Shown here one piece after another: positions 19,498 through 27,390 of a stretch of 47,495 nucleotides of DNA. Source of the stretch: an uncultured Lentisphaeraceae bacterium (GTDB lineage: Bacteria > Verrucomicrobiota > Kiritimatiellia > RFP12 > UBA1067); assembly GCA_964420685.1 (NCBI GenBank), contig CAYQUI010000005.1, positions 1-47,495 of the forward strand. The letters run 5' to 3'. The position numbers and the translations under genes were made by a program. Within the stretch, counting starts at the first letter, position 1; each line of letters opens with the position of its first letter. The notes under the pieces are model-generated. The model had not been told where the DNA came from, made no database searches, and saw nothing but the letters and a program-made list of their open reading frames with translations.

Positions 19498-19546
19498 GCG
19501 CGTATTATAGCATATCGCCGCATGGCGAAGAGACCTGTCCCCGCGT

Positions 19547-20716
19547 TCATTTTTCGCCGAATGCGCCGAGGAAGGTGAAGTGCTCGATCTCCGGGTCGGA
19601 CGAAAGTTCGGCGAGGAGCGCGCGCACCGGTTCGTCGCGTGCGTTCGCCTCGAAGTCGAAGACGAAGCTGAACTCGAAGTCTCGGCCCGGCACGGGACGG
19701 GATTCGAGCTTCGTGAGGTTCACGTCGATGGCGGCGAACTTGGCGATGATGCCGTTCAGCGCGCCGGGGCGGTGCGGCAGGCTCAGCATGAGGCTGATCT
19801 TGTTCGCGTCCGTCCGCACTTCAAGGTCTTTCGCGATGCAGATGAAGCGCGTGTAGTTGTAGGCCGCGTCGCAGATGTCCTCGGCGATGATGTCCAATCC
19901 GTAGAGTTCCGCGCAGGCCCGCGAGGCGATGACCGCCCGGTCGGTCGCGCCGCTTGCCGCGAGTTCCTTCGCCGCGACGGCCGTGTTCGGGCCGGGCTCT
20001 GCATGGATTTCGGGGTGCGCCTTGAGGAAGCGCGCGCACTGCGCGAGCGCGTGGGGGTGGCTCGCGATCGTGCGGACGTCCGCCAGCGTCACGCCTTTTG
20101 GCGCGAGCAGGACGTGGTCGACCTTGAGCCGCAGCGCGCGCACGATGTGGAAGCGGTGCTGGCGCATGAGGTCGTAGACCGCCGCGACGGAACCCGCCGC
20201 CGAGTTCTCGACCGGCAGCACGCCATAGGGGCACAGGCCCTTTTCGACGGCCTCGAACACCTTCTCGAACCCCTTGAAGTAGAGGATCGTCGGAATCGGG
20301 AAGAGGAGCGACGTCGCCTGCTGCGCGTACGAGCCCTCGACGCCCGCGCACGCGACGACCGCCTTCTGCGGGAATCGTTCGGTCGTCGCCGCCTGCGACA
20401 GCTTGTCCAGGAGCGCGCCGCCCGCGCCGATCCGGCGGCGCTGGAGTGCCTTCGAGAGGCCGAAGAGCGTCGTGAAGAGCTGGCGGACGCCGATCATGTG
20501 CTCCGGCGGCACGTGATCCGTCACGCGCGTGAGGATGGCCCGCTCGCGCGCCGGATCCGTCACGGGGCTTCCGGCCGCGCGCTTCAGTTCGGCGACGCGC
20601 TCGGAGACCGCGAGTCGCGCCTCCATGAGGCGCGTGATCTCGTCGTCGATGGCGTCGATCGCCTGGCGGCACTGCCCCAGGTCTTTCGTCTTCAGGTCAT
20701 TCGGGGTCGTGTCCAT
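19547..20716 (-). CDS. pheA: Bifunctional chorismate mutase/prephenate dehydratase
   Basis: AroQ N-domain (R..ID.IDDEI..L..R...DPARE), PVENS, SHPHALAQC, NYTRF and ACT domain NLTKLESRP. Confidence 0.93.
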   Translation of the reverse strand: MDTTPNDLKTKDLGQCRQAIDAIDDEITRLMEARLAVSERVAELKRAAGSPVTDPARERAILTRVTDHVPPEHMIGVRQLFTTLFGLSKALQRRRIGAGGALLDKLSQAATTERFPQKAVVACAGVEGSYAQQATSLLFPIPTILYFKGFEKVFEAVEKGLCPYGVLPVENSAAGSVAAVYDLMRQHRFHIVRALRLKVDHVLLAPKGVTLADVRTIASHPHALAQCARFLKAHPEIHAEPGPNTAVAAKELAASGATDRAVIASRACAELYGLDIIAEDICDAAYNYTRFICIAKDLEVRTDANKISLMLSLPHRPGALNGIIAKFAAIDVNLTKLESRPVPGRDFEFSFVFDFEANARDEPVRALLAELSSDPEIEHFTFLGAFGEK

Positions 20717-20719
20717 GGC

Positions 20720-21742
20720 TTACGTCCTTTCGTTCCACTTGTTGACGAGCGCGCGCACGTCGCGCACCTTCTCCATCGTGCGCGCGAACATGTCGGGCGT
20801 CTGGCTCTGCGCGCCGTCGCACTTCGCGTGCGGCGGATCGTTGTGCACCTCGATGATGAGCCCGTCCGCGCCGATGGCCGTCGCGGCGACGGCGACCGAA
20901 TCGACCATGTAGGCGTGGCCCGTCGCGTGCGACGGGTCGATGACGATCGGCAGGTGCGAGAGCCGCCGGAGCATCGTCACGACGCCGAGGTCGAGCGTGT
21001 TGCGCAGGGCCGTCTCGAACGTGCGGATGCCGCGTTCGCAGAGAATGACGTTCGGGTTGCCGGAGGCCATGACGTATTCCGCGCTCATCAGGAGCTCCTG
21101 CAGCGTCGCGCTCATGCCGCGCTTGAGCAGAATCGGCTTCTTCGTGTACGCGCCGACCTCCTTGAGAAGGTTGAAGTTCTGCATGTTGCGCGCGCCGATC
21201 TGGATGACGTCCACGTCGTTGAAAAGCTCGATGTCGCGGAAGTCCATGAGTTCCGTGACGATCGGAAGCCCCGTCTCCTTCTTGGCGGTCGACAGCATGT
21301 CCAGCCCGACCTTGCCAAGGCCCTGGAAGGCGTAGGGCGACGTGCGCGGCTTGAACGCGCCGCCCCGGAGGAGCGTGGCCCCCGCCGCCTTCACGGCTTT
21401 GGCGATGCCGACGACCTGCTCCTCCGACTCGACGCTGCAGGGGCCCGCGATGACGCCGAATCCGCCGGCGCCGATTGTCACGCCGCCGCAGTCGATCGCC
21501 GAGTCTTCGGGGTGGAACTTGCGGTTCGCGGCCTTGTACGGCTCCTGCACGCGCTGGACTTGCTCGACGACGTCCAGGGCCTCGAGGATGCCGGGGTCGA
21601 TGTGCGCGACGTCGCCGACGCAGCCGATGACGGTCTGAAGCGAGCCGACCGATTCATGCGGCTCGACGCCGCGCGAGCGGAGCAGGCTCTTCAGGTTCTC
21701 GACCTGGCCCGAATCCGCGTTTTTCTTGAGAAGGATGATCAT
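20720..21742 (-). CDS. aroF: DAHP synthase, class I-beta with N-terminal regulatory domain
   Basis: IAGPCSVES, RGGAFKPRTSPYAFQGLG, QIGARNMQN, LCERGIRTF and DPSHATG motifs. Confidence 0.95.
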   Translation of the reverse strand: MIILLKKNADSGQVENLKSLLRSRGVEPHESVGSLQTVIGCVGDVAHIDPGILEALDVVEQVQRVQEPYKAANRKFHPEDSAIDCGGVTIGAGGFGVIAGPCSVESEEQVVGIAKAVKAAGATLLRGGAFKPRTSPYAFQGLGKVGLDMLSTAKKETGLPIVTELMDFRDIELFNDVDVIQIGARNMQNFNLLKEVGAYTKKPILLKRGMSATLQELLMSAEYVMASGNPNVILCERGIRTFETALRNTLDLGVVTMLRRLSHLPIVIDPSHATGHAYMVDSVAVAATAIGADGLIIEVHNDPPHAKCDGAQSQTPDMFARTMEKVRDVRALVNKWNERT

Positions 21743-21786
21743 AGGGGTTTTGGAGGTTTAGAGGTTTGGGGGTTTGGAGGTTTGTG
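21743..21786. repeat. 8-bp GG-N2-GTTT array abutting the aroF start codon
   Basis: AGGGGTTT(T)/GGAGGTTT/AGAGGTTT/GGGGGTTT/GGAGGTTT. Confidence 0.9.
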
Positions 21787-21797
21787 TTTTGAGAATC

Positions 21798-21826
21798 AAA
21801 AACGGCCCCGCTTTTCTGCGGGGCCG
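21798..21826 (-). terminator. Attenuator terminator upstream of aroF
   Basis: Minus strand reads CGGCCCCGC-AGAAAA-GCGGGGCCG-TTTTT. Confidence 0.88.
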
Positions 21827-21857
21827 CCTTGTTGCCGAATCAGCTAACTGCCTTTCA

Positions 21858-21932
21858 TCAGTACGACAAGAGCGCCCCGCGCGGAATAAACGCGAAGTTC
21901 ACGTAGGCAAAAAAGTAGTAACGCTGACTCAT
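21858..21932 (-). CDS. Tyr/Phe-rich attenuator leader peptide MSQRYYFFAYVNFAFIPRGALLSY (24 aa)
   Basis: Read directly from the minus strand: 4 Tyr and 4 Phe codons, including a YYFF run. Lies upstream of the terminator and aroF-pheA. Confidence 0.85.
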   Translation of the reverse strand: MSQRYYFFAYVNFAFIPRGALLSY

Positions 21933-21945
21933 AGAAACGGCGCGT

Positions 21946-21975
21946 AGTGTATCACAATGCGCGTGTTCCCGTCAA
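21946..21975 (-). promoter_or_regulatory. Sigma70 promoter for the leader-aroF-pheA transcript
   Basis: TTGACG-N18-TACACT with an extended -10 TG. Confidence 0.65.
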
Positions 21976-22060
21976 GCACCCGCGCAAAAAGCAGACGCCA
22001 GTGGTGGAGCGCGCATAGCGGGGTTGTGCTGTCGTCCGTGTGCAGGTTTCGCCGATGGCA

Positions 22061-24184
22061 TTATCGGACGGGGGTGAAGGCGGGCAGTTCGCGGCGGAGC
22101 CAGGCGTCGGGCTTTAGCGCGAAGTCGCCCTGGGCTGCGTCGACGAACCCCGCGTCGAAGGGGCGTTCCCGCGTTCCGTTGACAACGCGGAAGCCCGCGG
22201 CGATGCGCGAATCGATCCGTGCCGTCTTCACGCCGTTCGTGCCCTGCGTGTTGATGACGAGGTTGCCGGCGATCGGCGCCATGCGGGACAGGCATTCCGA
22301 GGCCTTGCCGTCGAGCGCGAGGATCTGCTGCGTGCAGTCGATGAAAACGTTGTTCTCCACGGGGTTGTAGAGCGGTTCGCGCGGATGGTCGTTCATGATG
22401 TTCGCCAGACGCGGATAGCGCGCCGCCCACACGCCGTTCGTGTAGTCGAACTTCTTCGCCTTGTCCTCCAGCATCCAGGACGGGCGGGCGTTCCAGTGCT
22501 TCCATGTCATGCCACGGCAGTCGATGGACAGGCCAATCTTGCAACGGGAGAAGACGTTGTTCCGGATCGGGTGTTCGCGCCCGCCGCCCACCATAATGCC
22601 GCGCGAGACGTTGTGGAAGACGTTTCCGTAGACGTCGTCGCCGCAGTCGCAGTCGTCGAAATAGAAGCCCATCGTGTTCGCGTGCTCGCCGTCCGCGCCA
22701 AGGTCGTGCGTGTAATTGTAGCGCAGCACATTGCCCTGCGTTGTCCAGTCGCGCCCCGTGTAGTACGCGCCCGCGTCTCCCGTCTCCATCAGCACACGAT
22801 AGACCTCGTTCGATTCAAACAGAAGTTCGTTGCCGCCGTACAGCACCGCCGAATGTGGCGCGTCGTGCATCTTGTTTCCGCGTACCGTGACGCCACAGGC
22901 CTCGTGCACCGCGATGGCCGGCGCGTACGTCCTCTGGAAGACGGCATAGTGGTGGATGTCGCATCCCTCCACCACCGTGTCCGCCCGCGTGAGCGTTCGG
23001 CGATCGCCGCCAGATACGCGGATGCCCGTGCGTCCGATGCGGCAGACTTCTACGCCGACGACACGGTTGCGGCTGCCGTCCACGTAAAGGCCCGTGCCGC
23101 CAAGGCACGACACGCGGCAGTCCGCCACCGTCACGTCGTCTCCCCGAATCGACACGCCGTCGCCATAGCCATAGGCGAAGTCGAGCCGTTCGAAGCGCAG
23201 ATGTTTCACCCCCTGTGCGAGCAGGATGGGCTCGGACGAGAAGACGAGCGTCGTGTCATCGGCCGCTGTCGGTTCGCCGTGGCGCGGCATCAGGTAGAGG
23301 CGTTTTCGTTCGCGGTCGAGATACCACTCGCCCGGCTCGTCCAGTTCCTCCAGCAAGTTGAATGCGAAGAAGCGACGTTCCTTGCGTCCCCATGTGCCGC
23401 CCATCACGCCGTAGGGGACGCTCGCCGCGAGGCGGATGACATTGTTTGTCCCGTTCTCCGGGCCATAGTTCGCCGCCCGGACGGAACGGTTGTCCCAGTC
23501 ATGTGTCCAGTAGCCGTTCATCCACACGCCTTCCGCGAAGTTCCACCTCTTCGCGCGCGAATTGTCATAGACGAATGCGCCTGGCCGCTGTTTCGCGGGG
23601 TCACCCTTGTCCACGCCCTGCGTGAATGCCGTGTAGCCGCCGTTCGGCCAGCGGGCCAGCGTGCCGAAATCGCCGCCCGTGAAGAGGAGCGGCTTTGCGG
23701 GCGTACCGCCGAACGCATCCGCGAGCGGCGGAATCGCCCCCGGCACGAACGGCGCGATGTCCACCACGTAGACCTTTCCCCGCGCCGATTCGGGTAGGCG
23801 GGCGAGCACGGCCGGATCGGCGACCTTCTTGAATGCAGTCGCTGGTATGGAGATGCCGCTCGTCAACACGGCTTTCGTTGTTTCCCGCGAACGCCAGACG
23901 AGGGGCGCGGAGGCCGTGCCCGAATCAACGACGGACAGCTTGATGCCGTTGGGGACGAAATGCCGGCCGGGGGCGAAAAGAACTTCGATGGTCTCGTCCG
24001 GCTTGACCGTCCCTGCCGCGCGGGCGGTGCGCACGCCGTCCACCGCAGCCTGTACCGAGGCAAACGGCCGTGCGGCCGAACCGTCTCCGCCGGCGAATGC
24101 CGTCGCGTCCACATGAAACGTCGCGCCGACGGCGGAGACGGCCATCGCCGCGCCCGCCCATGCGCCCAACAGCGTCTTTCGCAT
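22061..24184 (-). CDS. Secreted right-handed parallel beta-helix protein (putative glycan-active enzyme); start refined to 24184
   Basis: Signal peptide, GDGSAARPFASVQAA, LARWPN, EELDEPGEWY, ETGDAGAYY and YFDD motifs; PbH1-like repeats. Confidence 0.8.
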   Translation of the reverse strand: MRKTLLGAWAGAAMAVSAVGATFHVDATAFAGGDGSAARPFASVQAAVDGVRTARAAGTVKPDETIEVLFAPGRHFVPNGIKLSVVDSGTASAPLVWRSRETTKAVLTSGISIPATAFKKVADPAVLARLPESARGKVYVVDIAPFVPGAIPPLADAFGGTPAKPLLFTGGDFGTLARWPNGGYTAFTQGVDKGDPAKQRPGAFVYDNSRAKRWNFAEGVWMNGYWTHDWDNRSVRAANYGPENGTNNVIRLAASVPYGVMGGTWGRKERRFFAFNLLEELDEPGEWYLDRERKRLYLMPRHGEPTAADDTTLVFSSEPILLAQGVKHLRFERLDFAYGYGDGVSIRGDDVTVADCRVSCLGGTGLYVDGSRNRVVGVEVCRIGRTGIRVSGGDRRTLTRADTVVEGCDIHHYAVFQRTYAPAIAVHEACGVTVRGNKMHDAPHSAVLYGGNELLFESNEVYRVLMETGDAGAYYTGRDWTTQGNVLRYNYTHDLGADGEHANTMGFYFDDCDCGDDVYGNVFHNVSRGIMVGGGREHPIRNNVFSRCKIGLSIDCRGMTWKHWNARPSWMLEDKAKKFDYTNGVWAARYPRLANIMNDHPREPLYNPVENNVFIDCTQQILALDGKASECLSRMAPIAGNLVINTQGTNGVKTARIDSRIAAGFRVVNGTRERPFDAGFVDAAQGDFALKPDAWLRRELPAFTPVR

Positions 24185-24295
24185 GGAGAAAAAGCGTCCT
24201 TCTCGTTTTGTTTTTCGAACTCGCACGACAGATGCATTATAGCATAAAGCTTTTGATGACCGACTGTCAGAACGAACGGCGGCGAATGGCACGGA

Positions 24296-24324
24296 TTGAC
24301 ACGAAGCCTGGGATTTTGTATAGT
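24296..24324 (+). promoter_or_regulatory. Sigma70 promoter for the phosphoesterase gene, overlapped by inverted repeats
   Basis: TTGACA-N17-TATAGT. A divergent TGCTATAAT lies on the minus strand at about 24236-24244. Confidence 0.65.
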
Positions 24325-24378
24325 CAATCCCAAATTGCAAACGGTAGACACCACGAAAACAAATTGGAGGCTTGAATC

Positions 24379-26112
24379 ATGTTGACTCGGAGAGGGTTCA
24401 TTGGCTCGGCGGTCGCTTCGGGCGCCTGGGCGGCGTTGGGCATTCCTGATGCGAAAACGCGCATCGCGCGTATCGGACTCATGACGGATACGCACGTCCT
24501 GACGACGATGGCGAGTTGCGCTCGCGTTCGCGCCGCGCTTGAACTCTTCAAGGCGCAGGGCGCGGAGATGGTGTTGAACTGTGGAGACTTGGCGGACAAC
24601 CATTACCCCGAAGGCTACCGCTGCTATCGGCGGACGATGAATGCGGCCTATCCCGACGCGGCGTCGCGCCCGAAGGAGGTCTACGTCTACGCATTCCACG
24701 ACGTCTGCAACTACAAGCCGGGGTCCGGTTGGGATATGACGCATGCCGCCGCCGCGTTCGAGGACATGCGTCGTCTGCTGGACGCGCCCAACGGACATAC
24801 CGCGTCGTTCGTCTGGAAGGGGCTTCCGTTCGCGATTTTCCCGCAGAGCACCGGACACAAGGGCTTCCTCTCGTGGGAGGACTACGAAAAGACGGTGGCG
24901 CGGCTCTGTGCGGAGAATCCCGGCAAGCCTGTGTTCGTGTGCGACCACGTGCCGCCCGCCGGGACGACGTTCCATAGCTGGCACTGGGGCTCGGAGAACT
25001 GCCGCCGCGTGTTGAACAAGTTCCCGCAGGTTGTGTCGATTTCCGGCCACGTTCACGGATCGCTGGCGAGCGAACGGCAGATTTGGCAAGGCGAGTTCAC
25101 GGCGATCAATCTGGGCTGTCTCCAGACGTGGGGTGGGTTCGCGCCTGGCTCCACGCCGCCGCACCAGGCCAAACCGAACTTCGGCGTTCTTGTGATGGAC
25201 GTCTTTCCCGACCGGCTCGTCGTTTACCGCTACGACGTGCGCGACGGTTCGCAGTTTGGCGCCCCGTGGGTCGTGCCGCTGCCGTTCGCGGCGAAGTCCG
25301 CGCCGTTCCGTCCTGTGGCGGCGGCCTTGCGCGAGAAGGCGCGTCCGGCGTTTGCGGCGGATGCGGCGGTGACGGTCAAGCCTGTTGGAACGCCTGTCAC
25401 GGGCTACTCGATCTCCTTCCCTGAAGTTGCGAAGGGGCCGCGGGCGTTCATGTACCGCTTGGCGTGTGCGCGGAAGAACGCGGACGGCAATTGGGAGCCG
25501 TTTACGCGGGACGATATCTTTGCCGACTTCTGGATCGCGCCGAAAGACCGTTCGGGACGGGCGTCGTACACGTTGAGCGCGGGCTTTTTCAAGCCGGGGG
25601 AAACCTACCGCGTGACGGCGACGCCGCTCGACTGGTTTTATCGTCCGTCCCCGTCGATCGCGGGCGAATTCACGGCCACGCACGTTGCACCGAAAGTCAA
25701 GTGGACGACGGACGACACCTTTGCGTTCAACTTCACGGAACACGGCCGTCCCGTTGCGCGGGCGGCGGACGGGTTCTTCACGCCGGCGAGCGGACAGGGC
25801 ACGCTCGTGCTGCCGGCGGGCGCGTTCGCGAACCTGACGCCGGGCAAGCGCCACCGTTTCGTCATCGACCTCCATCTGTCGCAGCCGGCGGGCGACTACT
25901 GCGCGTGGCGGGCGTGGCTGGCGCCGTCGACCGACTGGTCGCGCCATCTGGCGGGCGACATCCAGACGTCGCCGGGCGATCCGGGCGCGTTGCGCTACGT
26001 GATGGAATTCACGCCTGGCGCGGACTTCCCGTCTTCGTGCAACGTCATCTTCAACTACACCAGCCCTGGCGCGCGCGTCAAGCCGTTGGCGATTGAAGTC
26101 CAGGAGGTGTAG
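24379..26112 (+). CDS. Tat-exported calcineurin-like metallophosphoesterase with C-terminal beta domains
   Basis: TRRGFIG twin-arginine signal; DTH, GDL, FHD, HVP and SGHVH metal motifs. Confidence 0.8.
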   Translation: MLTRRGFIGSAVASGAWAALGIPDAKTRIARIGLMTDTHVLTTMASCARVRAALELFKAQGAEMVLNCGDLADNHYPEGYRCYRRTMNAAYPDAASRPKEVYVYAFHDVCNYKPGSGWDMTHAAAAFEDMRRLLDAPNGHTASFVWKGLPFAIFPQSTGHKGFLSWEDYEKTVARLCAENPGKPVFVCDHVPPAGTTFHSWHWGSENCRRVLNKFPQVVSISGHVHGSLASERQIWQGEFTAINLGCLQTWGGFAPGSTPPHQAKPNFGVLVMDVFPDRLVVYRYDVRDGSQFGAPWVVPLPFAAKSAPFRPVAAALREKARPAFAADAAVTVKPVGTPVTGYSISFPEVAKGPRAFMYRLACARKNADGNWEPFTRDDIFADFWIAPKDRSGRASYTLSAGFFKPGETYRVTATPLDWFYRPSPSIAGEFTATHVAPKVKWTTDDTFAFNFTEHGRPVARAADGFFTPASGQGTLVLPAGAFANLTPGKRHRFVIDLHLSQPAGDYCAWRAWLAPSTDWSRHLAGDIQTSPGDPGALRYVMEFTPGADFPSSCNVIFNYTSPGARVKPLAIEVQEV

Positions 26113-26260
26113 GGCGGGACGACGCTTGAGTGCTTGTTCGCAAAAGAGGAGTGCGTGAAACTGCTCCGCAGCTGGACTTGATCGGCATGGGCAAGGGCGC
26201 ACGACATCTGCGCGGGTGCCATTTGCGTGGGATATGCTGCGGTGGGGCGGTGGCGAAATG

Positions 26261-26269
26261 TGGTATAAT
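26261..26269 (+). promoter_or_regulatory. Extended -10 element upstream of ilvE
   Basis: TGGTATAAT ending 33 nt before ATG 26303. Confidence 0.6.
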
Positions 26270-26302
26270 AGAAGGGCAATTTCCAGAAAGGACAGCGAAA
26301 AC

Positions 26303-27331
26303 ATGAAAGCGCCCAAAAAGGGTATCAAGTGGGATGAACTCGGCTTCGGGTTCTCCGATGTCAACTGCCACCTCCGCATGACGTGGAAAGACGGCAAGTG
26401 GTCAAAGCCGAAGTTCGTGAAGGAGCCGTGGATCAACATGCACATTGGTGCGGCGTGTCTCCATTACGGCCAGGAGTGCTTCGAGGGCATTAAGGCGTTC
26501 CGTCAGAAAGACGGCAAGGTCGTCATTTTCCGTCCCGACGAGAACGCGAAGCGCATGTATCGCACGGCCGAGCGCACGTGCATGCCGCCCGTGCCGGTCG
26601 AGACGTTCGTCGAATGCTGCCAGGCGGTCGTGAAGAAGAACGCCGAGTTTGTGCCGCCGTATGGGACGGGCGGGTCGATGTACCTGCGTCCGCTCCTCAT
26701 CGGCACGGGCCCGCAGATTGGCGTCGCCCCGGCGCACGAGTACACGTTCATGATCATGGTCATGCCGGTCGGCGCCTACTACAAGGGCGGTCTCAAGCCG
26801 GTGCGCGCCGTCATCTTCGACCAGTGGGATCGTGCGGCGCCGCAGGGCATGGGCGACGTGAAGGTCGGCGGCAACTATGCGGCGGGCATCTTCGCGCACG
26901 AGAAGGCGAAGCGCGAGGGCTGGCCGGTCGAGCTTTACCTCGACGCGAAGACCCACAAGTACATCGAGGAGTTCGCGACGTCCAACTTCGCGGGCATCAC
27001 GAAGGACGGCAAGTACGTCACGCCGGACAGCAGCTCGGTTCTGCCGTCGGTCACGAACATGTCCCTCAAGCAGTGCGCGAAGGATCTGGGCATCAAGGTC
27101 GAGTGCCGCCCCGTTCCCTACACGGAGCTGAAGAAGTTCAAGGCCGTCGCCGCGCTCGGCACGGCGGTCGTGATCACGCCCGTCTGGGAAATCACCCGCA
27201 ACGACACCGTCATCAAGATCTCCGATCCGGAGGTCGTCGATCCGACGCTCCAGAAGCTCTACGACCGCGTTCAGGGCATCCAGTACGGCACCGTCAAGGA
27301 TACGCACGGCTGGTGCCTTGAAGTCAAGTAA
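26303..27331 (+). CDS. ilvE: Branched-chain amino acid aminotransferase (start refined to 26303)
   Basis: LHYGQECFEGIKA, FRPDENA, YLRP, KVGGNYAA and GTAVVITPV motifs. Confidence 0.95.
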   Translation: MKAPKKGIKWDELGFGFSDVNCHLRMTWKDGKWSKPKFVKEPWINMHIGAACLHYGQECFEGIKAFRQKDGKVVIFRPDENAKRMYRTAERTCMPPVPVETFVECCQAVVKKNAEFVPPYGTGGSMYLRPLLIGTGPQIGVAPAHEYTFMIMVMPVGAYYKGGLKPVRAVIFDQWDRAAPQGMGDVKVGGNYAAGIFAHEKAKREGWPVELYLDAKTHKYIEEFATSNFAGITKDGKYVTPDSSSVLPSVTNMSLKQCAKDLGIKVECRPVPYTELKKFKAVAALGTAVVITPVWEITRNDTVIKISDPEVVDPTLQKLYDRVQGIQYGTVKDTHGWCLEVK

Positions 27332-27390
27332 GGCGACTGGGCGTTTGGGACAAAGGGAAGGAAACGGGAAAGAAAAGAGGGATCGGAAAC

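Noticed and set aside
19478-19508. Plus-strand TTGACA...TATTAT as an antisense promoter into pheA
   Set aside because: The spacer is 19 nt with no extended -10, and the TATTAT is largely the reverse of the minus-strand TATAAT.
24288-24303. Sigma54-like TGGCACG upstream of the phosphoesterase gene
   Set aside because: There is no GC at the -12 position; the site is better explained by the sigma70 TTGACA.
26113-26260. Possible ncRNA or riboswitch between the phosphoesterase gene and ilvE
   Set aside because: Only weak hairpins are present, it lies upstream of the ilvE -10 element, and I saw no recognisable aptamer, T-box or leader peptide.
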